A stretch of DNA of 64,000 nucleotides from an uncultured Trueperaceae bacterium (GCA_963727505.1 CAVSGP010000005.1:32001-96000); one strand, 5' to 3'; shown: positions 40,026 through 50,513, numbered from the stretch's first letter. Numbers and translations: made by a program. Notes: a model not told the origin generated them from the sequence alone.

Positions 40026-41471
40026 CTAGGGCTTGTAGATCAGCTCCCGAGCGTTGTTCGTGTCGGCCACCAACAGCATGCCGTCGTAGACCTGGACGCC
40101 CCGGGGGCCGGCAAGGGTGTCGGCGTCGGTCCCGGTGGCCCGGTTGGAGGCGGTGTGGGTGAGATCGGCCTGGCCGAGGACGCCATCGGCGGGTTCGTGG
40201 GTGCCCGTGGGGAAGCCGTTCCAGACCAGCACGCGATTGTTGGCGGCGTCCGCGACGAAGAGCTGGTTGCCGTTGGATGTCACGGACGAGGGGCTCGACA
40301 GCCCGCTGGCACCGCCGGCGGGCGTGGCCGCGGCCATCGTCGCCTGGCCCAGCACGACGTTCGCCGCTTGGCCGTTCGACGTCGGGAAGCTCGTCCAGAT
40401 GAGCACCCGGTGGTTGCCGGTGTCGGCCACCACGAGGCGCGTGCCGTCGCTCCACACGTCACCGGGGGAGGTGAGCGTCTTGGCGGAGCGGGTGGTGCCG
40501 GCGTTGGCGAGGCAAGACGTGAGGTTGGTCTGGCCGAGCGTGAGATTCGCCGGCGTGCTCGAGTCCGCCGGCACGCTGTTCCAGATCAGCACGCGGTTGT
40601 GACCGGTGTCGGCCACGATGAGCTTGCCTTTCACGACGATCGCCGCCCTCGGCGCCTGGAGCCGGTTGGCGGCGCACGACGTATCGCCGGGCGAGTACAG
40701 CCCCGACTGACCGACGGCCACTGCCGCGGGCGAGTGGGTGAGGGTTGGCGCGCCGGTATAGATCAGCACGCGGTTGTTGCCTGTGTCGGCCACGATCAGG
40801 TCGCCGCCGGAAGCGGAGACGCCGGCCGGAGACACCAGCGAACGTGGGCTGATGAGCTCGGCCGTGTTCGCCGTCCACATCGTCTGGCCGAGAAGGATGT
40901 CGAACAACGTCCCCGAGGTGGTCGGAACGGAGCCATACCCCACCACCCGGTGGTTCCCCGTGTCGGGCATGTAGAGCTTCCCGTCGACCAGCGCCGGCGC
41001 GCCGGCCGGGGCATCGAGGTATTGTTGCGTCGCGGCTCCGGTGGGGGTGGCCGTGAAGCTCGTCTGCCCCATCACCACCGTCGCCGCCTCCCCGTTCGTC
41101 AGGCTCAGGTACGGATAGTAGAGATGCAGCGTGGCCGTCGACGTCTCGCCCGACGCCGTGGCGCTGGCGACCAGCGTGTTGACGCCGTCGCGGTCGAGCG
41201 TCACCGGGGAAGAGAAGGTGCCCGTGGTGGGGAGGGCGATGGGGACGTCCGTGCCGTTCAGCGTGAGGGTGAACGCGCTGGGCGCGGCGCCCTGCACGGT
41301 GCCGCTCACGGTGAGCGTTCGTGGGCCGACGATGCGTTGCCCGTCGGTGTACGACGTGAACGCGACGGTGACGGCCGGGCCCGGGAAGTCACAGGCCGTG
41401 GGGACCAGGACGAGGATCATCCCGGCCAGAGCGATCAAGAAGGGCCGCAAGAGCGGGCGCAGCAGGGGCAT
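40026..41471 (-). CDS. NHL-repeat beta-propeller lipoprotein with N-terminal Ig-like region
   Basis: Lipobox-like PTAC; six repeats of the (V)ADTGN(H/N)RVL(I/V)W type, mostly followed by xxGQ. Confidence 0.85.
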   Translation of the reverse strand: MPLLRPLLRPFLIALAGMILVLVPTACDFPGPAVTVAFTSYTDGQRIVGPRTLTVSGTVQGAAPSAFTLTLNGTDVPIALPTTGTFSSPVTLDRDGVNTLVASATASGETSTATLHLYYPYLSLTNGEAATVVMGQTSFTATPTGAATQQYLDAPAGAPALVDGKLYMPDTGNHRVVGYGSVPTTSGTLFDILLGQTMWTANTAELISPRSLVSPAGVSASGGDLIVADTGNNRVLIYTGAPTLTHSPAAVAVGQSGLYSPGDTSCAANRLQAPRAAIVVKGKLIVADTGHNRVLIWNSVPADSSTPANLTLGQTNLTSCLANAGTTRSAKTLTSPGDVWSDGTRLVVADTGNHRVLIWTSFPTSNGQAANVVLGQATMAAATPAGGASGLSSPSSVTSNGNQLFVADAANNRVLVWNGFPTGTHEPADGVLGQADLTHTASNRATGTDADTLAGPRGVQVYDGMLLVADTNNARELIYKP

Positions 41472-41746
41472 GGCGTACCTCCCTTGGGCACGTGCATCAT
41501 GGCTCGTTGCCTCGATGGTAGCACCGGCTCCCGCCGACGGCCGGGGCAGCCTTCTCAGGGGCAGGTCACCTGGACCCGCTAGGCTGGTCCCAGCTATGGG
41601 GGGCGAGGGGGTCCCGTGCGGGAACGGGCGGGGAGAAGCGTCGTCCCCGCGTCCATCACGGCTCGTCCGGCCCGGAGCGGTTTGCGAGCGCGACAGCGCG
41701 AAGCCGCGAGGGGATACGCCAGCGCATGCGAGAGGAGCGGTCACGC

Positions 41747-42976
41747 GTGACGCATCGAGCACGCAAGTACGACCTCTACAGCCAGGACTTCAAGCGGGAC
41801 GCCTACCGGACCTTCGCGGAGCTCCGTGACCGGGAGCCGGTGCTCCACCAGCTCACGCTCGACGCCAGCACCGAAGGCTGGTTCGTCAGCCGTTACGCTG
41901 ACGTCGAGGCGGCCCTGCGTGACGACAAGCGCCTGGTACGCGACCCTGCACGGGCCGGCGTCGCGTTCCCGACGTCGCCGCTCGACGACCTCCTGAACAA
42001 CCACATGCTCACCCGGGACGGCGAGGACCATCGCCGGCTGCGCGCTCTGGTGCAGCAGGCCTTCACGCCGAAACGGGTGGCGGCGTTGCGCCCGCGCGTG
42101 CAGGCGCTCGCCGACAACCTCATCGACGGGTTGGTCGAGCGCGGCAGCATGGACCTGATCGGCGCCTTCGCCTTCCCGCTGCCGACGTCGGTGATCCTGG
42201 AGATGCTGGGCGTTCCGACGGCAGACCGCGACCGCTTCCGCTCCTGGTCCAACGCCCTCATCACGCCCGTGCTGGACGCCGCCAGCGGCCAGGAGGCGTT
42301 CGAGCTGCTGACGCAGTTCACGGACTACCTCCGGGGGCTCTTCGAGGCGCGCCGCCGCGAGCCGCAGGACGACCTGCTGAGCGCGCTGCTGGCCGCCGAG
42401 GAGGCCGGCGACAAGCTCAGCGAGGGCGAGCTCTTCAGCACCATGGTGCTGCTCATCGTGGCCGGGCACGAGACCACCGTCAACCTCATCGCCAACAGCG
42501 TGCTCGCCCTGCACCGCAACCCCGAGCAGCGCGCCCGGCTCGAGGACGCGCTGGTCGCCGGCGACCCGCAGGCCATGCCGCGCGCGGTGGAGGAATTGCT
42601 GCGCTACGACGGTTCGGTGGAGCGCGCGTTGGTGCGTTGGGCGGCGGAGGACGTCGAGATCGCGGGTCACCGCATCCCCCGGGGCGACGGCGTCATCCTC
42701 ATCCTGGGCTCGGCAAACCACGACCCTGAACGCTTCGACGCGCCGCAGCGTCTCGACCTGGAGCGCGATGCCAGGGCGCACCTCGGGTTCGGGAAGGGGC
42801 CTCACTACTGCCTCGGTGCGCCGCTGGCACGGCTCGAGGCGGACGTGGCCCTGACCACGCTGCTGCGTCGCCTGCCGGGCCTGCGCGTGACGGTTCCGAC
42901 CGGCGAGTTGCGCTACCGGCCGCTGCCGATGTTCAAGGCCTTGGAGGAACTGCCGGTGGCCTGGGACGTCGGCTAG
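41747..42976 (+). CDS. Cytochrome P450 (CYP107-like)
   Basis: AGHETT, EELLR and HLGFGKGPHYCLGAPLA heme motifs. Confidence 0.95.
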   Translation: MTHRARKYDLYSQDFKRDAYRTFAELRDREPVLHQLTLDASTEGWFVSRYADVEAALRDDKRLVRDPARAGVAFPTSPLDDLLNNHMLTRDGEDHRRLRALVQQAFTPKRVAALRPRVQALADNLIDGLVERGSMDLIGAFAFPLPTSVILEMLGVPTADRDRFRSWSNALITPVLDAASGQEAFELLTQFTDYLRGLFEARRREPQDDLLSALLAAEEAGDKLSEGELFSTMVLLIVAGHETTVNLIANSVLALHRNPEQRARLEDALVAGDPQAMPRAVEELLRYDGSVERALVRWAAEDVEIAGHRIPRGDGVILILGSANHDPERFDAPQRLDLERDARAHLGFGKGPHYCLGAPLARLEADVALTTLLRRLPGLRVTVPTGELRYRPLPMFKALEELPVAWDVG

Positions 42977-43023
42977 CGTCCTGCGTGTCCGCCCCGACGG
43001 CGGACGTCGGGTAGCCTGAGCCG

Positions 43024-43830
43024 GTGATCGACCTGCACACGCACCACCAACGCTGCGGCCACGCCGAGGGCACCCTCGAGGACATGGCGCGCGCCGCCCA
43101 CGCCGCAGGCGTGACGGTCTTCGGCTGGAGCGACCATGCGCCGCTCTTCGCCGAGGCCGACGACCATCCCAAGCCGGGCATCCAGATGGCGCGTTCCCAG
43201 TGGGACGGCTACCTCTCCGAGGCCGAGGACTTGCGCGCCCGCCTGGCACGTGAGTTCCCCGGCTTCGACCTGCGCATCGGCGTGGAGGCGGACTACCTCC
43301 CCGGCACCGAGGCAACCTACCGGGACGCCCTCGACCGCGAGGCGCTCGACTACGTGCTGGGCTCGGTGCACGAGGTCGGCCCGTGGCACATCTACAAGCC
43401 CGCCACGTTCGCCGACATCGAGGACGTCGACGCCTTCCACCGCGGCTACTGGCGCGCGTTGCGCGGCGCGGCGCAGAGCGGGTTGTTCGACGTGCTCTCG
43501 CATCTCGACGCCATCAAGGCGATGGCGCCACGGGCCGAGAGCGACATGGAGGGCGAGATCACCGCGACCCTCGATTGCATCGCCGACAGCGGCGTGGCCG
43601 TGGAGATCAACGGCTCCGGGCTCAGCAAGGCCGGGGAGCTCTTTCCCGGTCCGGCGCTCGTAGAGGCGCTGGTGCAGCGCGACGTCCCCATCACGCTGGG
43701 CTCCGATGCACACCGTGCGACGGAGGTCGGGCGCGGCTTCCGCGAGGCCCGTGCGTTGTTCGGGCGGCTTGGGCGCGACCGGGTGATCACCTTCCGACGG
43801 CGGGAGCCGGTCTGGGTGGACCTCCCCTAG
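43024..43830 (+). CDS. PHP-family histidinol-phosphatase (HisJ/HisK family)
   Basis: DLHTH..RCGHA, SDHAP, GVEADY, LGSVH, SHLD, EIN and GSDAH motifs. Confidence 0.85.
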   Translation: MIDLHTHHQRCGHAEGTLEDMARAAHAAGVTVFGWSDHAPLFAEADDHPKPGIQMARSQWDGYLSEAEDLRARLAREFPGFDLRIGVEADYLPGTEATYRDALDREALDYVLGSVHEVGPWHIYKPATFADIEDVDAFHRGYWRALRGAAQSGLFDVLSHLDAIKAMAPRAESDMEGEITATLDCIADSGVAVEINGSGLSKAGELFPGPALVEALVQRDVPITLGSDAHRATEVGRGFREARALFGRLGRDRVITFRRREPVWVDLP

Positions 43831-43943
43831 GGCTCGCGCGTCGGTACCCTTTCCCGCGCCGCGGGCCGTTGCGCATAATGGCGGCACCCCGCGTGCCCGG
43901 CCGCGCGAGGCGGCGGCGTGCGGGGCGAGAGGGGGAGGGGACG

Positions 43944-44798
43944 ATGGACGAGAGAGTCCTGGGGGGCTTGGGCTGGACGCGCGACCTGCCCGACGTGCGC
44001 GATTACGACGTCGACACGCCCGAGGTCGAGGCCGTGCTGGCGGGCTCGAAGCCGTTGAAGAAGGCGCGCAAGGGCGTTCCCGCCAGCGTGGATCTGCGCG
44101 CCGCCTGCACGCCGATCGAGGACCAGGGGTCGCTCGGCGCGTGCACCGCGAACGCCGGCGTTGGCCTGCTGGAGTACTTCGAGCGGCGTGCGCACGGCAA
44201 GTACCTGGACGGCTCGCGCCTGTTCCTCTACAAGGCGACGCGCAACCTGCTCGGCTGGAAGGGCGACCAGGGCGCCTACCTGCGAAGCACCATGAAGGCG
44301 ATGGCGCTGTTCGGGGTACCGCCGGAGGACGTGCGACCGTATGACGTCGCGGCGTTCGACGACGAGCCGCCCGCGTTCTGCTACGCCTTCGCCCAGAACT
44401 TCAAGGCCATCCGCTACTACCGGCTCGATCCTGCCGGCACGCCCGGGAAGGACGTGCTGAGCGCGGTGAAGCGCAATCTGGCCGCGGGCTTGCCGTCGAT
44501 GTTCGGCTTCACCGTCTACAGCTCCATGCCCGGCATCGGTGAGGGCTCGGGTGACATCCCCTACCCCCAGCCCGGCGAGGCCGTGAAGGGCGGGCACGCC
44601 GTCGTCGTCGTCGGATACGACGACGCGCGCACGATTCATGACGAGGAGGGAGCGCTCCTCATCCGGAACTCCTGGGGCGTCGGCTGGGGCGAGAAAGGCT
44701 ACGGCTGGTTGCCCTACCGTTACGTGGTCGATCAGGTCGCCGTCGACTTCTGGTCGCTGGTGCAGGCCGACTTCGTCGACACCGAGCTGTTCCGCTGA
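43944..44798 (+). CDS. Papain-like cysteine protease (C1A, xylellain-like)
   Basis: GWTRDLPD.RD, DQGSLGACTAN (oxyanion Q, catalytic C), GGHAV and IRNSWG motifs. Confidence 0.9.
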   Translation: MDERVLGGLGWTRDLPDVRDYDVDTPEVEAVLAGSKPLKKARKGVPASVDLRAACTPIEDQGSLGACTANAGVGLLEYFERRAHGKYLDGSRLFLYKATRNLLGWKGDQGAYLRSTMKAMALFGVPPEDVRPYDVAAFDDEPPAFCYAFAQNFKAIRYYRLDPAGTPGKDVLSAVKRNLAAGLPSMFGFTVYSSMPGIGEGSGDIPYPQPGEAVKGGHAVVVVGYDDARTIHDEEGALLIRNSWGVGWGEKGYGWLPYRYVVDQVAVDFWSLVQADFVDTELFR

Positions 44799-44854
44799 CG
44801 GGCTCGCCGCGTGAGCTGCGCGGCGAGCCCGTCACGACGTGCGACAGACGACGT

Positions 44855-46153
44855 TCAGGACTCGGTTCCGCCGACCGTGGCCAGTCGCTCGCGCGCCCGG
44901 CGGATGTCCCCGCGGTGCGGGCGAAGGCTGAGAGTGGCGATCAGCCCGAGGACGCCCAGCGTGAACAGGCCGGTGCGGACGCCCAGGTGCCCGGCGAGCT
45001 GGGTCGTGAGCAGCGCCCCGAAGGGGATGAACCCGGCGAAGACCAGCATGTAGACGCTCATGGCGCGCCCGCGAAGCGCGTCGGGCACCATGAGCTGGAC
45101 GGTGGCCTGGGCGTTGACCATGGTCAGGATCATCCCCAGGCCGCACGCGACGAGCACCAGAGCCGCCGTCCACAGGTTGGGCGTGACCGTGAACACCAGG
45201 AACGACACCCCCAACACCAGCACCCCCCGGCGCATCAGCATGAGGCGAGCTTCGTCGGGGAAGGCGGCGTTGATGATGAAGGCGACGAAGGCGCCGATGC
45301 CGAGGCTGGAGAGCAGCAGGCCCAGGCTGCCGACCGTGCCGTGCAACGCCTGGCGGGCGAACAGCGGCACGATGGTCTGGAAGTTGATGATGGTGAGCGA
45401 CAGTGCGCCCACCAGCAGCGTGGCGATGCGCACCTCCGGGGTGCGCCAGGTGAAGCTCAGGCCCTCCCGGATCTCGCTCAGGATGTGATGGGGCACGATG
45501 GTGCGGTTCGGTAGGGGAGCCAGCGCCAGCACCACGATCACGCCGAGGTAGGAGGCTGCGTTGACCGCGAAGGCAGGCCCGTAGCGCAGTAAGGAGGTGC
45601 TCCCCAGCAGGTGGCCGAACAGGCCGATGGCGCCGGCCGCCACCACCGGTCCCAGCAAACGCGCCAGGTTGAACGACAGCGAGTTGAGGGCGACGGCGTT
45701 GCGCACGTCGTCGCGCGGTACCAGGTCGGGGATGAGGCTCTGGCGCGCCGGCGTGTCGAAGGTTCCGGCGACGCCGTTGAACGCCGCCAGCACCAGCAGC
45801 CAGCCGTACGTCAGGGCGCCCGTCAGGGTCAGCACAGCCATGGTCGCCGCCGACAGCGCCAGTGCGCTCTGGGTGGTCAGCAACACGTGCTTGCGCGAGC
45901 GGGCATCGATCACCACCCCCGCGAACAGGCCCAGCGCGAGCGTCGGCGCGAACTGGATGGCCCCCACGTAGCCGAACTTGAGCGCGGCCTCCGTGGGGTC
46001 GGGGATCAGGTCGAACACCAGCCAGGACTGCGCGGTGATCTGCATCCACGAGCCGACGACGCTGGCCAGCTGGGCCAGCCAGTAATGGCGGAAGAAGCGG
46101 TGCCTCAGCGCGTCCAGCGAGCGCGGGAAACGGCCGATGATGGGACGCGCCAT
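44855..46153 (-). CDS. MFS transporter (MFS_3/DUF894-like)
   Basis: GSWMQITAQSWLV and FDTPARQS...NAVALNS motifs. Confidence 0.9.
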   Translation of the reverse strand: MARPIIGRFPRSLDALRHRFFRHYWLAQLASVVGSWMQITAQSWLVFDLIPDPTEAALKFGYVGAIQFAPTLALGLFAGVVIDARSRKHVLLTTQSALALSAATMAVLTLTGALTYGWLLVLAAFNGVAGTFDTPARQSLIPDLVPRDDVRNAVALNSLSFNLARLLGPVVAAGAIGLFGHLLGSTSLLRYGPAFAVNAASYLGVIVVLALAPLPNRTIVPHHILSEIREGLSFTWRTPEVRIATLLVGALSLTIINFQTIVPLFARQALHGTVGSLGLLLSSLGIGAFVAFIINAAFPDEARLMLMRRGVLVLGVSFLVFTVTPNLWTAALVLVACGLGMILTMVNAQATVQLMVPDALRGRAMSVYMLVFAGFIPFGALLTTQLAGHLGVRTGLFTLGVLGLIATLSLRPHRGDIRRARERLATVGGTES

Positions 46154-46281
46154 GGCCGCCCAGCATACTTCCGATCGGTAACGACAGGGGTGTTCTACAC
46201 GCGCTCACGGGGTGCGCCCGTCGCCCCCCCGAGCCCGTCGGCCCGAAGGCAGGAACCGGGGCGGGCGCGCCGCAGACGGGG

Positions 46282-46299
46282 TTGTAAGGATTCTGTAAG
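46282..46299 (+). promoter_or_regulatory. 11-bp-period direct repeat upstream of the pilin operon
   Basis: TTGTAAG-gatt-CTGTAAG. Confidence 0.4.
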
Positions 46300-46336
46300 A
46301 ATCCCGTGAGGTCACACTCTTATCCTGGTTACACCC

Positions 46337-46825
46337 ATGAACCGGCCTCGTCCCCAGCCTCATGTACGCCGGCGCGTCGCCGCCTTCAGCCTCATCGAGC
46401 TCCTCATCATCCTCGCGATCGTGGGCCTGATCGCGGGTGTCGTCGCCGTGAGCGGCCGGCGGGTACTGGCGGGGCAGGAGGAGAAGGCGGCCCTCACCTC
46501 GGTCCAACAGAGCGTCTGGGAGGGGGCGACCGCCGCCGCGGCTCGCGGAACGGACACGGAGCTGGTGCACACCACCTCGGGTCTGGAGGTCCGCGAGGTC
46601 GGCAACGCCACGCCGCTCCGGACGTTCGCGCTCCCCGCCTCCGTGGCGACCAACCTGCCCGCACCGTCGGGATCCACGGGAACCGTGGTGCTGAAGTTCA
46701 CGCCTCCCGGCAGGGTCGACCTCGCGACGCTCCAGAGCCTCCCGGACCCCCTCACGCTGACGGTCAACGGTCACACCTTCAAGCTCCAGATCTCGCTCAT
46801 CGGAGAGGTCAAGGTGACGTCGTGA
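46337..46825 (+). CDS. Type IV minor pilin/pseudopilin (FimT/GspH-like)
   Basis: A|FSLIELLIILAIVGLIAG prepilin motif with E5. Confidence 0.85.
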   Translation: MNRPRPQPHVRRRVAAFSLIELLIILAIVGLIAGVVAVSGRRVLAGQEEKAALTSVQQSVWEGATAAAARGTDTELVHTTSGLEVREVGNATPLRTFALPASVATNLPAPSGSTGTVVLKFTPPGRVDLATLQSLPDPLTLTVNGHTFKLQISLIGEVKVTS

Positions 46826-47298
46826 AGCGCTCCATCGCCGCCCAGGGTCTCACCGTCGTCGAGGTGCTGATCGCGCTGGCCGTCATCGGCGTCGTCACCG
46901 CGGCGTTCACGACGGCGGTGGTGTCCAACCTCCACCACACGTCTGTCACGGGCGCGCGCACCGAGGCGGTGCAGGTGCTCAACTACCTGGGCCGCCGCGC
47001 TGCCGGAGGGGACACCGCCGTCCTGCCCGCGGCCGGTACGCCGAACGTCTGGTCGTACGGCACGCTTTCATCGAGCTTCCCGGACCTCACCAACCAGGGC
47101 GGCCTGGCCGATCCCTCGCGCTACCGGGCGTCGATCACGAATGCCGGCACGGTGACCCTGGCCGGAGCGAACTCGGTGGAATACGACGTGAACGTGTGCT
47201 ACGAGGCCGGCGGCGGCGAGCACTGCGTCCGGGGCACCACCATGGGCCCGGCGCCGTCGTCCGGGGGCGGCACGCCGACGCTCCCCGGGATCTACTAG
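46822..47298 (+). CDS. Type IV minor pilin (PilV/GspI-like)
   Basis: QG|LTVVEVLIALAVIG motif; GTGA overlap. Confidence 0.85.
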   Translation: MKRSIAAQGLTVVEVLIALAVIGVVTAAFTTAVVSNLHHTSVTGARTEAVQVLNYLGRRAAGGDTAVLPAAGTPNVWSYGTLSSSFPDLTNQGGLADPSRYRASITNAGTVTLAGANSVEYDVNVCYEAGGGEHCVRGTTMGPAPSSGGGTPTLPGIY

Positions 47299-47307
47299 GA
47301 GCCTGCG

Positions 47308-48195
47308 ATGCGACGAACCCAAGGTTTCACCCTCCTCGAGACGCTTATCGCGCTCGCCATCTTCGGGCTCATCGCGGTCATGGCGACCACGGGCGTGAGC
47401 GGAGCCTTGCGCGCGCAGAGCCTCAACGAGGCCGTGACGACCTCGCAGTCGCGCCTCCGGCGCGTTACGGAGGTGTTCACGCAGGAGCTCCGGGGCGCCG
47501 TGCTGGGCGGGGTCACCAACGCTCCGTACACTTCGAACGATCACCAGGTGTCCTTCGTCACGCTCATCGGGGGCGCGGGCGACCCGGTCCTCCCCCACGA
47601 CTACGGCAAGAACAAGAGCTTCCCGCACGCCGATAACCTCTTTCTCCTGTGGGGGCAGGCCAGCGTCGACCCGGCCACGGCTCTCGAGGGCCACCACGTG
47701 CTGATGGTGAACGACAACGGCGAGGCCATCGTCTTCGAGATCACCAACGTGCAGGCGAAGGGCAACGGCTCGTACAACGTGGTGCACGCCGGCTGCGACA
47801 ACACCATCGCCTACACCGGCAGCCGCACCATGACGATGCAGAGCCGTTCGGTCGGGTTCCGGTTCGACGCGGCCACGGGCACGCTCTACATGAAGGAGGG
47901 AGCCAACCCCGAGGTCCCGATGGCCTTCGACCTGGGATCGGTCGGCATCCAGTACGTCTACCTGACCGATTCGGGTACCACGGTCGTGCGCTCCACGCCC
48001 CTGACGAACAGCGCCGGCGAGCCGGTGCGTGTCGGCACGATCGGCGGACAACCCGCGACGTTGCAGCGGATCGGCCTCGTCGTGTCGGCGTCCAGCCGCG
48101 CCAACCGCGGCCAGGTGACGCGCACCGTCAGCGGCCAGGTCGAGATGTCCTCACGGCATAGCTTCTCCATCAACCAGGTGACGATATGCAACTGA
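47308..48195 (+). CDS. Type IV minor pilin (PilW/GspJ-like)
   Basis: QG|FTLLETLIALAIFG motif. Confidence 0.88.
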   Translation: MRRTQGFTLLETLIALAIFGLIAVMATTGVSGALRAQSLNEAVTTSQSRLRRVTEVFTQELRGAVLGGVTNAPYTSNDHQVSFVTLIGGAGDPVLPHDYGKNKSFPHADNLFLLWGQASVDPATALEGHHVLMVNDNGEAIVFEITNVQAKGNGSYNVVHAGCDNTIAYTGSRTMTMQSRSVGFRFDAATGTLYMKEGANPEVPMAFDLGSVGIQYVYLTDSGTTVVRSTPLTNSAGEPVRVGTIGGQPATLQRIGLVVSASSRANRGQVTRTVSGQVEMSSRHSFSINQVTICN

Positions 48196-50104
48196 GAGCA
48201 CGCGAACAGGGAATCGCCATGCTGTACGCGTTGCTGCTGCTGGTCGTGGTGATGGGCGTCGCCACGCTGATGTTCGCGCGCACGCTCGGTGAGATCAAGC
48301 ACAGCGGCGACGACGCCGGCATCGTGCAGTCGCTGATGCTGGCGCAAGGCACCGCCAACCTCGGCGGCACCATCCTGCAGCAACCGGTACGCAACACGCT
48401 CCAGACGATCGTTCAGTCGAAGTCGAACACCAGCTCGCAGTGGTCGTTCGGGACCAGCTCGGTCAACGCCGCCTTCCCGGACCCGTCGACGGTCGTGACG
48501 GCGCTGAGCTCCGGCTCTACGAGCGTCGCCGGGACCCTCCAACCCGCAATCAACGCCCTCATCTGCGACAAGCCGGTCGCGCCGAGCAGCGGCGGTAGCG
48601 GGCAGCTCGAGATCTTCGTCACGGACCACGGATGTCCGACCCAGCACGATCCCGCTGGCGCGCCGTTGCCCGCGGGCATCACGTTGCCGGCTCCGCATTT
48701 CGTCGAGGGGCAGCCGCGCAACGGCAGCAACTCGGACACCGAGCAGACCTACGCGCTGCCGTTCGTGCTGATCGCGACCGGCACCGTCGGAGGGTACACG
48801 CGTAACGTCGTCATCCAGGGCGAGTACGACTTCACTGTGGGCCGCCCTAGCTTCGCCAAGTACGCGCTGTTCACAAACGTGCACGAGCTCCCCAACCACG
48901 GCGGCGACGTGTGGTTCACCGACAACACGCTGTTCGACGGCCCCGTGCACACCAACCAGTACTTCCGCTTCTATCACAAGCCCTGGTTCGGCGGCGAGGT
49001 CACCAGCGCGGGGTGTGCGAACCCGGGCGCCACCAGCTGCAACGGCAACCCCACCAGGATCGGCGCCGAGTTCTACGACGAAGGCTTCGTGAACGATCCC
49101 GGTCCGACGCCGTCGTACTCGAACGGCTACGGCACGCACGCCCCGCAGCTCACGGCCGGCGTCGACTGGAGCAGCGCCTACGTGCAGCTCCCGCAGCAGT
49201 CGAACGACCAGAGAGCGCCGCCCAGAACGGAGGGCTCTACTTCGGAAGCGACGTGAGCTCGCTGCAGATGTGGGCGGCCGACGGTAACGGCGACCCGCTG
49301 ACCAAGGACGCCAGCGGCAACTGGGGACCCGCGGCGACGTACCAGTACATCCAGGCGTGCACGACGAGTGGAAACCGCTGGCGCCCGCGCACCACGTGCA
49401 CGACCTATCGCTACGACAGCAACAACGTGCTCTACGTGCAGAAGAACGGGAGCTGGCAGCAGGATCAGGCCGCCTTCAACGGTGTCATCTACGCCAACGG
49501 CTCCATCGACCGGCTCACGGGCCCGTCCCGCACGCCCTCGTACAGTTCCGACCCGAGCGACGCGCCGCCCGCGCTCGCCTCCTTCGCGCAGGTCACGGTG
49601 GCCTCGGAGAACACCACCACCATCACCGGCGACCTGACCTACGAGAACCAGCCCTGCCAGGGCGAGCTGCACCGCGACAGCAACGGGCAGGCGGTCCAGG
49701 CGACCTGCAACAACCTCGGCGCTTCGAACGTGCTCGGCGTCTACGCCCAGAATGGCAGCGTCTACATCGGCAACGCCAACGGCGGCAGCTACGACGCCCC
49801 CGAGAACGTGAAGATCGACGGCGTGCTCATGAGCGCGAAGGGCACGGTCAGCGTCGAGAACTACGCCTACGGCGCGCCGCGCGGCGACGTCCACCTCCTC
49901 GGCGGCGTCATCGAGTACGACTACGGCGCCTTCGGGACCTTCAATCCCAACACCGGCAACGACGTGTCGGGCTACAGCCGCAAGTTCACCTACGACCCGC
50001 GCATGGGCAAGGGCCTGGCGCCGCCCCACTTCCCCACGGTCGGCGGCGACGAGGTCCAGAAGGTGGCGCTGTTCACCTACGGCCAGCGCGAGCAGGTCTA
50101 CTGA
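48186..50104 (+). pseudogene. PilX/DUF4900-like large pilin/adhesin split by a frameshift near 49210-49215
   Basis: N-part has QG|IAMLYALLLL (no E5) ... FAKYALFTN..VWFTDNTLFDGPVHTN. It continues in the -1 frame as SAAQNGGLYF ... FNGVIYANG ... GYSRKFTYDPRM..GLAPPHFP. Confidence 0.8.
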
Positions 50105-50137
50105 GAACGCGTCTTCTCATCGTCCGAGGCCGGCTTC

Positions 50138-50167
50138 CGGCCCCGCCCCGTTCGCCGGGCGGGGCCG
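50138..50167 (+). terminator. Hairpin after the pilin operon
   Basis: 11-bp stem cggccccgccc / gggcggggccg. Confidence 0.55.
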
Positions 50168-50381
50168 TGATTCGGAGCGAGTCTCCGCTCACGCTACGGT
50201 CACGGGAAGCTCATCCATGTTGCGGGCCTGGACGCCCCGGGGACGCGTCGGGCCCGCGTGCCTGGGCCCGTGTTCGTCGATGCCGCCGGCCCCGTCCAGG
50301 TGGTGGGCATACCTCCCGCCGTACCTGTGAAGAAGCTGTGAACGATGAGCGTTTGTGCCGTCCAGGACGTAACTCATGAGG

Positions 50382-50410
50382 TTGACAGGGTACCGGTTCG
50401 GTCCTAGGGT
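50382..50410 (+). promoter_or_regulatory. Sigma70-type promoter of the cupredoxin gene
   Basis: TTGACA, 17-bp spacer, TAGGGT. Confidence 0.65.
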
Positions 50411-50513
50411 GCAGAGGTTCCCGAGCGGCGCCCCCGCGGCGCCGGTGGAACCGACGAGCGCCGGAACTCCGGCGCAGCACCTCACCACGACGAGCGAAGG
50501 GAGAGTGCTCGAT

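Noticed and set aside
50170..50380. Riboswitch or ncRNA in the long intergenic region
   Set aside because: No family consensus I can recognise; an Infernal/Rfam scan would be required.
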